A DNA stretch of 40,961 bases from Patescibacteria group bacterium. GTDB taxonomy: Bacteria > Patescibacteriota > Gracilibacteria > UBA1369 > UM-FILTER-53-11. The stretch's first letter is position 1. Each line of letters begins with the position of its first letter. Location: the NCBI GenBank assembly GCA_038062615.1, contig JBBTWV010000066.1, positions 1-40,961 on the forward strand. The letters run 5' to 3'. This document shows positions 29,261 through 37,919 of the stretch, piece by piece. The position numbers and the translations under genes are program-made. A model generated the notes under the pieces. It was not told the DNA's origin and did no database searches. It worked only from the letters and a program-made list of their open reading frames with translations.

Positions 29261-31882
29261 ATGGCAGAGCCAACACCAAATCCAACCTTCGAAGACATTG
29301 ATTTAGAAGCCACAAGCCGGCTCAGCGAGCTTGAACCCGAATCCGAGTTTGATGATCCCGTGGCGCATTTTCATGACGATTTTGTGGAGCAAGTTAAAAA
29401 AGGTTCTTTTGATTTTTCGGGAAGTCATGATGATGCCACAGAACTCGATCAAAACGCATATTACCAACAATTAGACCAAGCATTTGCGCAGTTCCTCACG
29501 GTAAACAACAATCCAGATGTACCCCAAAAATTCAGCAACAAATGGATGCAAGCCGCTGAGGATTTTATGGTGAATGAAATTGCGGCATACGATTGGAAAA
29601 GTGGAGAAATTGGCCAAAAAGAGGTTGATGAAATCATTGTCGCTCTCATAACACCTAACAAAGCGGCACCAAAGTCCGGCAAACCGGGCATTGGGAAATT
29701 AGAAGAATGGATACAAAACCAGCCGGCTTTAAAAAGGGAATATGATAAGTGGAAGAAAGATCATGCCGTTGCATCTGCGGAAGCACAAAAAGGTGATGCG
29801 CGCAGTCGCCTGCAAGAGTTAAGACTGGAAACCGATAATCCCAGCCAACACTACATGGATCAATTTGTTTCACGGGTTAAAACCGGGGCTTTCAACTTTG
29901 GCGGCGAACACAATAACGAAGCAGAACTGGAGCAAAATGTTCATTTTAGTCAGTTAGTGAGCACACTTGAACGATTCCTACAAGTGCACGATAACCCGGA
30001 ATTGCCGACAAATATACGAGGCGCCTGGATGAAGGCTTGCATAGATTTTTTGACAGGAGAAATCACCGCCTATAATACCAATCCACCTCCACCGTCCGTC
30101 AATCCACCGTTCGCCAACCCCGAATACGGTCAGTTTGGAATTGGAAAAAAAGATGTTGATGAAATGAGAAAAGCCTTGATAACGCCAGGCAAACGCGGTC
30201 CCATAACAGGAAAGCCCGGCATTGGAAGGTTGGAAGAATGGATTCATAACCAGCCGGAATGGAAAGGAGAATATGAAAAATGGGAAAAAACCAAAGCGGC
30301 ACAAAAAGCACAGGAAGAAGCCGCCGCTAAAGCCGCCGCCGCCGCCGCCGAAGCCAGCAAGACCGAAGCGCAACGGGCTGAGGATGCAAGACTAGCCGAG
30401 CTCAGGGCTCAGCAAGAAACAGAGCAAGGCAGACAAACAGCCGCGCAAGAAGCGGCGCAAAATCTTGCTACAACAAAAGAGCAACTTGTACAAAGGGATA
30501 CAGAGCTCGATACACAATTTCTAGCTCTTCCACCAACCATAGTTTCCGCCAGCCTAGCGACGAGAATAGCCGCCATGAAAACGGACATTGCCGCCATGAA
30601 TAATGCGGCGCAAGAAGGACCTCTCAAAACAAGAATTGGAAAATTGGAATCTGAAATTTCTGCTTTCGAAAATTTATGGAGCATGTCCGGCGATCCGGAT
30701 ATTCCAACAGCGGCACGCGACAAAGTATTCAAAGCAGTAAAAGATGGAACGCAAACTCCACAAGACGGTTGGGCAGAATTACAAAAGGCCCAAACGGCAA
30801 AACGAGCCGCTGACGAAAGAGCATTAGCCGAAGACGGTCCACCTGCCGACAAATGGATCGCCAGCATTGAGAAGATGAAGCCTGGAGCGTTGAGAACGCT
30901 GGCCACGATGGCTGTATCAGTGGTAGTAAGTCTTTCCAAAGCCCCATTAATTGGCAGTTATTTTCGAAAATTATTCTCCAATAAATATCTTTGGGAAAAA
31001 TATGGCGACGAAGATGCTCACAAATCTTATGACGTGGAACAAGAATTCAGAAAATTTGGAATTAAGAGAAGCGTCTGCGCGGCTCTGGGAGACATGCCAA
31101 CAAAAGATGCCGTGACTGAGTTGGAAACGAATGCTGAAGCCTATGCGCCCAACGATGCGTCCGGCAAAGTAAAACTCGAGTGGTTGGCAACTCAACTTCG
31201 CGCCAAAGGAGGTGACACGAGCGAGGCAACGCTTTATGAATTCATGGGCTCGCCGGACTGGCTGCCTGTAAAATATCGTGCAGACCAGGCACCAGCCGTA
31301 GTTCAAAATGCACCAGCTCCACGACCTACGCCAGCACCGGCACCACCAGGAGCACAACCGCAAGCCGCGCCAGCAGGGACACCGCCGGTTACTATCGTCG
31401 CGGCACCTGCGGCGGCGGCCGCGGCCGCCGGCACCGCCAACGAAGGTGCCAAAGATGCTCAAGCGCCTACCCCTGCAGAATTAGAGACTCAGTATGCAGC
31501 AGCCCTTAATAAAAGCCTTGAGCGATATAAAGATAAACCACCTTTTGATCTCACGGCAGGACAATTTCCCTTCGAATTACCTTATAAGAACAATGGAAAA
31601 GTAGAAAAAATTCCCTGCAAAATCTACGGCAATACATTTGAAATCGGCTCCTACAAATATAATCTCAAATTGCCGATGGGAGCTAACCTCCAAAGTATCA
31701 GCATTTCCGGCTCGGTAGAAGACGGCAAAGTAAAACTTGTTGCTGGAGCGCTTATGATTACGGGCGAGCGAGAAATCTCACTAAGTAAACTTGTAGAACA
31801 TTTGGAAGCCTTACGAGTCGGCCCAGCGTCACATCAAATTCCTCTAGGAACTGAGACCGCAACATTTGAAAAGGTCGCTTAG
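29261..31882 (+). CDS. Large protein with two tandem ~150-aa repeats, coiled coil, hydrophobic helix, Ala/Pro linker and shared C-terminal domain
   Basis: 873 aa ORF with an internal duplication ('ALITP.K..P..GKPGIG.LEEWI.NQP..K.EY.KW' occurs twice). Confidence 0.75.
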   Translation: MAEPTPNPTFEDIDLEATSRLSELEPESEFDDPVAHFHDDFVEQVKKGSFDFSGSHDDATELDQNAYYQQLDQAFAQFLTVNNNPDVPQKFSNKWMQAAEDFMVNEIAAYDWKSGEIGQKEVDEIIVALITPNKAAPKSGKPGIGKLEEWIQNQPALKREYDKWKKDHAVASAEAQKGDARSRLQELRLETDNPSQHYMDQFVSRVKTGAFNFGGEHNNEAELEQNVHFSQLVSTLERFLQVHDNPELPTNIRGAWMKACIDFLTGEITAYNTNPPPPSVNPPFANPEYGQFGIGKKDVDEMRKALITPGKRGPITGKPGIGRLEEWIHNQPEWKGEYEKWEKTKAAQKAQEEAAAKAAAAAAEASKTEAQRAEDARLAELRAQQETEQGRQTAAQEAAQNLATTKEQLVQRDTELDTQFLALPPTIVSASLATRIAAMKTDIAAMNNAAQEGPLKTRIGKLESEISAFENLWSMSGDPDIPTAARDKVFKAVKDGTQTPQDGWAELQKAQTAKRAADERALAEDGPPADKWIASIEKMKPGALRTLATMAVSVVVSLSKAPLIGSYFRKLFSNKYLWEKYGDEDAHKSYDVEQEFRKFGIKRSVCAALGDMPTKDAVTELETNAEAYAPNDASGKVKLEWLATQLRAKGGDTSEATLYEFMGSPDWLPVKYRADQAPAVVQNAPAPRPTPAPAPPGAQPQAAPAGTPPVTIVAAPAAAAAAAGTANEGAKDAQAPTPAELETQYAAALNKSLERYKDKPPFDLTAGQFPFELPYKNNGKVEKIPCKIYGNTFEIGSYKYNLKLPMGANLQSISISGSVEDGKVKLVAGALMITGEREISLSKLVEHLEALRVGPASHQIPLGTETATFEKVA

Positions 31883-31918
31883 CGAGTGTAGATTAAATGC
31901 GGCTACTAACCACGTCTT

Positions 31919-32452
31919 ATGGCTGATAACACCAACCAAAATCCGGCAACAGGAAACCAGGGTGGAACCATTGATCTTCGCCAACTGCCACCGACGCAAG
32001 CCGGTGCTGCGGCAGGAGGAAGTTCAGCCACTCCTCCAGCAAGCGGCGCATCGACAACGAGCGCAGGAGCAACCGGTGATCAAAGCGTTTTTAATAAATT
32101 TGAAATTCCCGAGACGGTGCGTCAGCAGTTCCCAGAATTGATTCCGCTTGTTCTAGCGACGGAATCGATGAATGACGAAGAACGCCAGTACTGGTTCCAA
32201 ATCTTGCCGATCATGACGCAGGAACAGGTCGCAAAACTGCGAGAAATTCTGGCGAATGAAAAAAAGCAGCTGGAAAAACTGGATAAGGATTATAAAGAAG
32301 ACATCAAAGAGATCAACCAAAAACATGTGGCAGAATGGAAAGAGTTTGAAGCCAAAGAAAAGCGCCAGAAACTCAAAGCGGAAGAAACCAAAGCCGAGTC
32401 CACCGAACAGGAAGAGGAAGAAGCCTTGCTCAAAAATTTACAGAATTTATAG
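31919..32452 (+). CDS. Hypothetical protein, disordered N-terminus plus helical domain (paralogue 3 of 3)
   Basis: 'LVLATESMNDEERQYWFQILPIM..EQV.KLREIL.NE' aligns with the ORFs at 5659 and 20278. Confidence 0.8.
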   Translation: MADNTNQNPATGNQGGTIDLRQLPPTQAGAAAGGSSATPPASGASTTSAGATGDQSVFNKFEIPETVRQQFPELIPLVLATESMNDEERQYWFQILPIMTQEQVAKLREILANEKKQLEKLDKDYKEDIKEINQKHVAEWKEFEAKEKRQKLKAEETKAESTEQEEEEALLKNLQNL

Positions 32453-32615
32453 GATCATCATTCATCTGAAGGCCAGTGCTGATGTATTTTTTGCAAACAA
32501 TTTAAAAAACTCTTCAATGTTTATAAGTAGCAACACCTTGCCACAGACGTAATGCCTTTCATTTTTGCACAGCGTGGCGGCCATTGTTGGCAAAAATATA
32601 CTCAGCACTGGCCTA

Positions 32616-33455
32616 TTAGCCTTTCTCTATCAACTTCGCCGTCACAATCAGCCTTTTTAAGTTTGTCCCAATAGGCGTGCAAGTAATAAGCGTGAGCTGC
32701 TCACTGGCCGTTGGACCAAGCACATTTACGTTTTGCGGCAAAACTACTTTAATATCGGTCACTTGGTAAATATATTTTTTCTGACCAAAGTACATCACTA
32801 TTTTGTCGTCCTTGCGAACATCATGCAAAAGCGCAAAAACATCCTTAAATCTTCCAGGATCCCAAGCGTAGTAGGATGAATGGCCAGTAAGCACAACATT
32901 GCCGTTATCCCCAGGCAAAGCCGTTCCCGGGTAGTGGATCACCCCATTTTGAAGCGACTTTTGAATGTCGGACTCCAACTGTTCCCATTTACGCGCAATG
33001 AGATTTTCATTTTTAACACCCACCACCGGAACATTTTGATTGATGCGCGGAATCACCAAACGCATATCCGGCGGATAAACTTCTAAATTGAGCGGAGGAG
33101 TTGCCGCCGTGGAGGGCTTGCTTCCGACTTTATCTACTGCCACAATTTTTTCCGGCTCCGGCGCTTTTTTGTCTGCGAGCTGGTGCAACGGGCTTTCATA
33201 TCCGCGCCAAACATCCCAATAATGAACCAAATTAATCTCAATCGCCTGCCAATTAATCACCAAATAAATCGCCGCAAATACTGCAACCGATACCAGGACA
33301 AACTGGATTTTGTCCCACACAAAAGACCAAATCCGATGGTTCGGTTTTTTATCTTTCCATCGCAACACCGGTGCCGACGCCACTTTCTCAGCCACATGCG
33401 GTATGGCATCAATGTGCAAAAGGTAGACTTCTTTTTTTGCGGATTTTTTCTTCAT
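32616..33455 (-). CDS. Sortase family protein
   Basis: N-terminal TM; 'L.IPRI', 'GVIHYPGT..PG..GNVVLTGHSS', catalytic 'LTLITC.P.GT..KRLIV' (His/Cys/Arg). Confidence 0.93.
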   Translation of the reverse strand: MKKKSAKKEVYLLHIDAIPHVAEKVASAPVLRWKDKKPNHRIWSFVWDKIQFVLVSVAVFAAIYLVINWQAIEINLVHYWDVWRGYESPLHQLADKKAPEPEKIVAVDKVGSKPSTAATPPLNLEVYPPDMRLVIPRINQNVPVVGVKNENLIARKWEQLESDIQKSLQNGVIHYPGTALPGDNGNVVLTGHSSYYAWDPGRFKDVFALLHDVRKDDKIVMYFGQKKYIYQVTDIKVVLPQNVNVLGPTASEQLTLITCTPIGTNLKRLIVTAKLIEKG

Positions 33456-34666
33456 ACTTTTGTGATGACATTGTCATTGCGAGGAGTGGAACGACGAAGC
33501 AATCTAGCTTCGGTATTAGATTGCTTCGCTAACGCTCGCAATGACACATCCTCAATCACACCTCCTCCTATAAGTTTTTCACCCTGATAAAACACGGCAG
33601 ACTGTCCCGGTGCAACCGCGCGAAAAGGTTTTTCTGAGGTTATAAATCCCCTACTATCACGCACTGTCAAAGTGGCTGGCGTAAGCTCACCGCGATGACG
33701 AATACGCACACTCACGAGCATTTTTTCGCTCGGCATGCTGCCAGAAACAAAACTTAAAGACGCGCACTCCACTTGGTGTTCCAAAATCGCCTCCTCCCGA
33801 CCCACAATGAGAGCATTTCGTTTTGAATCCATGGCCGTCACATACCATCCCTGCCCAGCAGGCTCCCCCTGAATTCCCCCTACACCAAGCCCTTGCCGCT
33901 GCCCAATGGTGTAAAGCGGCAGCCCCAGGTGCTCGCCAATTACCTTTCCATCCGCCGTCATAATAGGTCCCGATTCAAAAAGTTTTCCGGGTAAGTATCG
34001 CTGCAAAAAATACTTGGGAGTACCTTCCGAAAAAAAACAAAGCCCCTGGCTTTGCGGTTTTTCCACAACCCGCACTAAGCCAAACTTTTTTGCTAACTCA
34101 TACACCTGCGGCTTTTGCATCTCACCCAGCGGAAACAAAATTTTTGCCAATTTTTCCTGGCCCAAGTGATACAAAAAATACGTCTGGTCTTTAGAAGCAT
34201 CGTTCGCCATCCAAAGTTCAAAAAGTCCGTTTTGCTTATTTTGAAGCACCTTGGCGTAGTGGCCACTCGCCAAAAAATCCGCATTCAGTTCACGCGCCCG
34301 ATCCAAAAGTTGGCCGAATTTAATATGTCGATTGCACTCCACGCATGGATTGGGAGTCTGTCCTGCCGCATGCGTCTGCAAAAAATAATCCACCACACGC
34401 TCCTTAAACTGCGCCTCCACATTCATCACATAAAAAGGAATGCCTAATTTTTCGCATACCCAGCGTGCATCTTCCAACCCACCAAGTGTACAGCACTTAT
34501 TTTGAGGAAGATTATCCGACTCCGGCGATTTTTGCGGATCCGTCCAAAAGTGCAGATGCATGCCAATGCAGTCGTAGCCTTTCTCCTGCAAAATGGCTGC
34601 CGTGACGGAAGAATCCACACCGCCTGACATTGCGACTACCACCAGCTTTTTTTGCGTTTTCCCCAT
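33452..34666 (-). CDS. mnmA: tRNA-specific 2-thiouridylase MnmA
   Basis: 'AMSGGVDSSV', 'TPNPCVECN..IKF', 'ASGHYA', 'KDQTYFL', 'YTIGQR.GL', 'PGQSAVFY....GGG'. C-terminus is extended by a palindromic insert. Confidence 0.97.
   Translation of the reverse strand: MGKTQKKLVVVAMSGGVDSSVTAAILQEKGYDCIGMHLHFWTDPQKSPESDNLPQNKCCTLGGLEDARWVCEKLGIPFYVMNVEAQFKERVVDYFLQTHAAGQTPNPCVECNRHIKFGQLLDRARELNADFLASGHYAKVLQNKQNGLFELWMANDASKDQTYFLYHLGQEKLAKILFPLGEMQKPQVYELAKKFGLVRVVEKPQSQGLCFFSEGTPKYFLQRYLPGKLFESGPIMTADGKVIGEHLGLPLYTIGQRQGLGVGGIQGEPAGQGWYVTAMDSKRNALIVGREEAILEHQVECASLSFVSGSMPSEKMLVSVRIRHRGELTPATLTVRDSRGFITSEKPFRAVAPGQSAVFYQGEKLIGGGVIEDVSLRALAKQSNTEARLLRRSTPRNDNVITKV
33472..33547. repeat. Complete two-armed family-B palindrome at the mnmA 3' end
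   Basis: TGTCATTGCGAGGAGTGGAACGACGAAGCAATCTA ... TAGATTGCTTCGCTAACGCTCGCAATGACA inverted arms. Confidence 0.9.
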
Positions 34667-34742
34667 AAGCATACAGTAACCTGAAAATATCTTCTTGTAA
34701 ACGATGCCCTACCAAGTCTACAATTAAAAAACTCTCTCGTTT

Positions 34743-34770
34743 CTTGATTCATAATTCATGATTATTGATT
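34743..34770 (+). repeat. Heptamer tandem repeat (CWTRATT-like) at rel start
   Basis: CTTGATT CATAATT CATGATT ATTGATT. Confidence 0.55.
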
Positions 34771-37118
34771 CATCAATTGACGCCTTCTCCAACGAACTCC
34801 TGGAAAAAATCCACGGCTACTCGTCCGAAATTGATCTAAGCCGCATCAAATCCGCTTACGAGTTTGCCAAAAAAGCCCATCAAGGCCAGCTGCGCCAGTC
34901 CGGTGAGCCGTACCTCATGCACCCCATGCGCACCGTGCAAATTCTCACCAACTTTCGCGTAGATGAAGACACGCTTGCCGCCGCGTTTTTGCATGACGTT
35001 CCCGAAGATACCGACATTCCCATTTCAGAAATTGAACGCCTTTTTGGTTCAAAAATCGCTTACTTGGTAGATGGCATTACGAAACTATCAAAAGTTCACT
35101 ACCGCGAACGCATGGAACAGCGCCAGATTGAATCACTCAAAAAACTTTTTATTCACAGTGCGCAAGATCTTCGAGTCATTCTCATCAAACTGGCCGACCG
35201 GCTGGATAACATGCGCACGCTTAATTTTATTGCGGGTGAAAATAAACGCCATCGAATTGCACGCGAAACGCTTGAAATTTATGTGCCTATTGCCAATCTC
35301 CTTGGTATTGGTGAAATACGCACCGAGCTTGAAGATCTCTGTTTTGAGCACCTTTTCCCCATGGATTTTGCACACCTCAAGCGCGAGGTGGAAGAAAATC
35401 TGGAAGAACGTGATTTCATTCTTAAAGAAATGATCCACCTCACCGAAAAGGAGCTTCAAAAACGCAATCTGGAAGCCGAAATCATCGGCCGGCCAAAAAC
35501 CCTCTACAGCATTTATCGCAAACTCCAAACCAAGCAAACGCTAAATAATATTGATGATCTCCTCGCCATTCGCGTCATGGTCCCCACACGCAGCGACTGT
35601 TACAACATGCTGGGAATTGTGCATCAACTTTTTAAACCAAAAATCGGACGCATGAAGGATTACATTGCCGTGCCAAAACCTAACGGGTACCAAAGCCTCC
35701 ATACTACCGTTTTTGGTCTCAGCGGAAGCATTGCGGAATTCCAAATACGAACGCGATATATGCATCTTGAAGCCGAATACGGTATTGCCGCACATTATTT
35801 TTACAAATATTCCGACGAACAAGAACTGGCCAACATCATGCAGCAAAAATCCAGCTGGGTTCAGCGTATTTTAGAAATGCAAAAAGATAATAATGACCAA
35901 GGAAATTTTATTGAGAATTTGAAGTTGGATGTTTTTCAGGATCGCATTTTTGTCTTCTCTCCCAAGGGTGATGTCATTGATTTACCGCGCGGCGCTTGCA
36001 CCCTGGATTTTGCCTATGCCATTCATACGGACGTGGGAAACCATGCAGTAAAAGCCGAAATCAATGGCGTTATGTTCCCCGTGAATACCACGCTGGTGAG
36101 CGGAGATACGGTCCGCATCATAAGCAGCAAAGACTCCCACCCGGAGCGCGAGTGGCTTAATTGTGTAAAAACAAGCGTGGCGGCGCATCGCATTAAAGAA
36201 TACCTCCGCAATGAGCCTATGGAAAAAAAGCTGGCTCTTGGCCGCAAATTTCTCCAAAAAGAATTCGACCGAATCGGCAAAGACTTTCAGCACGTGCTCA
36301 CCTCTAAACGCATCAAAATTATTGCCGAAAAGCTCCCATATCACCGGCTGGATCACATTCTTGTGGCGATTGGCGAAGGCCAGCTTCAGCCCCAAAGTAT
36401 TTTGGAAATTCTTTTTGAAACCAAAGAACTTTTTGCCGGGCCGGATGAGCATTTGACCAATCAGCGGGACCACGGAAGAAACCCGCTTTTCCGTTCCCGT
36501 GCAGGACTTCGCATTCTTGGGAGTAACCATCAGAATCAATTCCGTGAAATCATGCGCACCATGAACTCTTTGCACATTCCCATTGTAAAATTCATTGTGG
36601 ATAAGCCGTGGTACTTGAATCATGACAGGTGCCAACTTTCGGTGATGGTGAAAAATTACAACGAACTGGCCCAAGTTTTTGAGAGCCTTGAGCAGATCGA
36701 AGGAGTCCAGCAAATTTCTCGGCTTTTTTATCATCGCAAAGCGTGGTTCATTTTCTGGAGTATATTTACCAGCGTGATGTGGTTGATTCATCCTTTCATT
36801 GTGGATTGGATGCTCACCAATGCTCAACATGCCGGCGCAATCACGAATTTGAGCATCTACGCGGGGCTCGTAAGTCTCATTGGCCTCAGTCTTTACCTCA
36901 AAAAAACGGCGCGTCGGAGTTTTCCCGAGTTAGCCGAAATACGCCATTTTTGGCCTTTTCTTTATGGACTTACTACCCTCGCTTTATTTGTATTTATTGG
37001 TGAGATTCTCACGTTCAAACTCCAATTTAATTGGATGTTCGTTCTCTTTCTCATCGTTGGAATCTATGCTCTCCTCACCGCGAGCTACCTGAGCTATAGA
37101 AAAGAACAGTTTAAATAG
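34758..37118 (+). CDS. rel: Long RelA/SpoT homologue (bifunctional Rel) with C-terminal transmembrane domain
   Basis: HD hydrolase 'R.SGEPY..HP', 'FLHDVPEDT', 'IKLADRLDNMRTL'; synthetase 'GRPK..YSIY.K', 'KDYIA.PKPNGYQSLHT', 'EFQIRT..MH..AE.G.AAH'; TGS 'LDFAYAIHT.VG'; about four hydrophobic helices from residue 663. Confidence 0.93.
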   Translation: MIIDSSIDAFSNELLEKIHGYSSEIDLSRIKSAYEFAKKAHQGQLRQSGEPYLMHPMRTVQILTNFRVDEDTLAAAFLHDVPEDTDIPISEIERLFGSKIAYLVDGITKLSKVHYRERMEQRQIESLKKLFIHSAQDLRVILIKLADRLDNMRTLNFIAGENKRHRIARETLEIYVPIANLLGIGEIRTELEDLCFEHLFPMDFAHLKREVEENLEERDFILKEMIHLTEKELQKRNLEAEIIGRPKTLYSIYRKLQTKQTLNNIDDLLAIRVMVPTRSDCYNMLGIVHQLFKPKIGRMKDYIAVPKPNGYQSLHTTVFGLSGSIAEFQIRTRYMHLEAEYGIAAHYFYKYSDEQELANIMQQKSSWVQRILEMQKDNNDQGNFIENLKLDVFQDRIFVFSPKGDVIDLPRGACTLDFAYAIHTDVGNHAVKAEINGVMFPVNTTLVSGDTVRIISSKDSHPEREWLNCVKTSVAAHRIKEYLRNEPMEKKLALGRKFLQKEFDRIGKDFQHVLTSKRIKIIAEKLPYHRLDHILVAIGEGQLQPQSILEILFETKELFAGPDEHLTNQRDHGRNPLFRSRAGLRILGSNHQNQFREIMRTMNSLHIPIVKFIVDKPWYLNHDRCQLSVMVKNYNELAQVFESLEQIEGVQQISRLFYHRKAWFIFWSIFTSVMWLIHPFIVDWMLTNAQHAGAITNLSIYAGLVSLIGLSLYLKKTARRSFPELAEIRHFWPFLYGLTTLALFVFIGEILTFKLQFNWMFVLFLIVGIYALLTASYLSYRKEQFK

Positions 37119-37219
37119 CGAAAAGGCATTTGCCTTCGGGCGCTCTGAATCGGGGCTCGGATGCATGATCCTCGCCCCTCAACCGGCAAACGCGCCCTGC
37201 GGCAAATAACCTTTTCGCT
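37117..37219. repeat. 103-nt imperfect palindrome between convergent genes (MITE-like, possible terminator)
   Basis: AGCGAAAAGG..ATTTGCC...GGGCGC / GCGCCC...GGCAAAT..CCTTTTCGCT outer arms; inner GGGGC-TC-GGAT-GCATG-ATCC-TC-GCCCC. Confidence 0.75.
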
Positions 37220-37231
37220 GTGTTCCTAGAG

Positions 37232-37912
37232 CTAATCTAAAAAAAATTCCAGACACTCGCGTAGCGAAATCTTCCCTTCAAACAACGCACGAGAGACCAT
37301 GACGCCGGCCACACCGGTGTTTTTAAAAACTTCTAAGTCAGACATACTTCCCACCCCACCAAAAGCATAAATCTTACTTGATGTAGCCAGCACCAAGCGG
37401 TCCGCTTCATCAAAATTAGGATGAAACGTGCCTTCGGTATTTTTGTCATGAAAAATAATTTCTTCAAACCCTTTTTCTGCCAAATCCTTGCCATAATCCA
37501 CCACCTCAATATTCGGCTTTCCTTCAACAAAATTTCGCTTTGCTAAAATCGTAAAACAAATTTTTTGCGATCCAAATTCTTGCAAAGCGTCTGCTGCCAG
37601 GGCTTCATTTTCTTGTGTCAACGAAACTTTAAAAATCCCCTGTTCCAGCAAGTCCCGAATCAAAGAGATTTCAGCCAGCCGCCCAGCGTATGAAATTTGC
37701 AACGCCGTATGGCGTGCTATCTGCTGAGCCATTTTTTGGCCGCGGTCCTCCGTATTCAGATCAACGAGATGCAAAAATTGCGCTCCCTGCTTCTCAAACT
37801 GCCGGGCACAAGCTAAAGGATCACGGCTCAGAATCGTCGTCTGATCGCGCTCGCCTTTGTAGTGAGAAACCACCTCGCCGCCCAGTAAATACAAAGCAGG
37901 AATAATGACCAT
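37232..37912 (-). CDS. HisA/HisF-family TIM-barrel protein, degenerate active site
   Basis: Likely start ATG 37912. Motifs 'IIPA..L.GG.VV...KG', 'GA..LHLVDL', 'IIF.D...EGT', 'GGVGS..DL', 'GV.V.RAL.EG'. Both catalytic Asp positions appear substituted. Confidence 0.8.
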   Translation of the reverse strand: MVIIPALYLLGGEVVSHYKGERDQTTILSRDPLACARQFEKQGAQFLHLVDLNTEDRGQKMAQQIARHTALQISYAGRLAEISLIRDLLEQGIFKVSLTQENEALAADALQEFGSQKICFTILAKRNFVEGKPNIEVVDYGKDLAEKGFEEIIFHDKNTEGTFHPNFDEADRLVLATSSKIYAFGGVGSMSDLEVFKNTGVAGVMVSRALFEGKISLRECLEFFLD

Positions 37913-37919
37913 AGAGCCA

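Noticed and set aside
30332-30349. (GCC)6 tract as a phase-variation switch
   Set aside because: Triplet repeat encoding poly-Ala in a linker; slippage would not shift the frame.
25258-32452. Prophage tail/tape-measure module
   Set aside because: No integrase, terminase, portal, capsid or tail-tube genes, and the flanks are ligA and sortase-mnmA. A remote phage ancestry is not excluded.
35982-36830. 282-aa antisense ORF inside rel (likewise 3042-3764, 27097-27816, 39922-40641 and other shadow ORFs)
   Set aside because: They overlap well-supported genes on the opposite strand and show no motifs.
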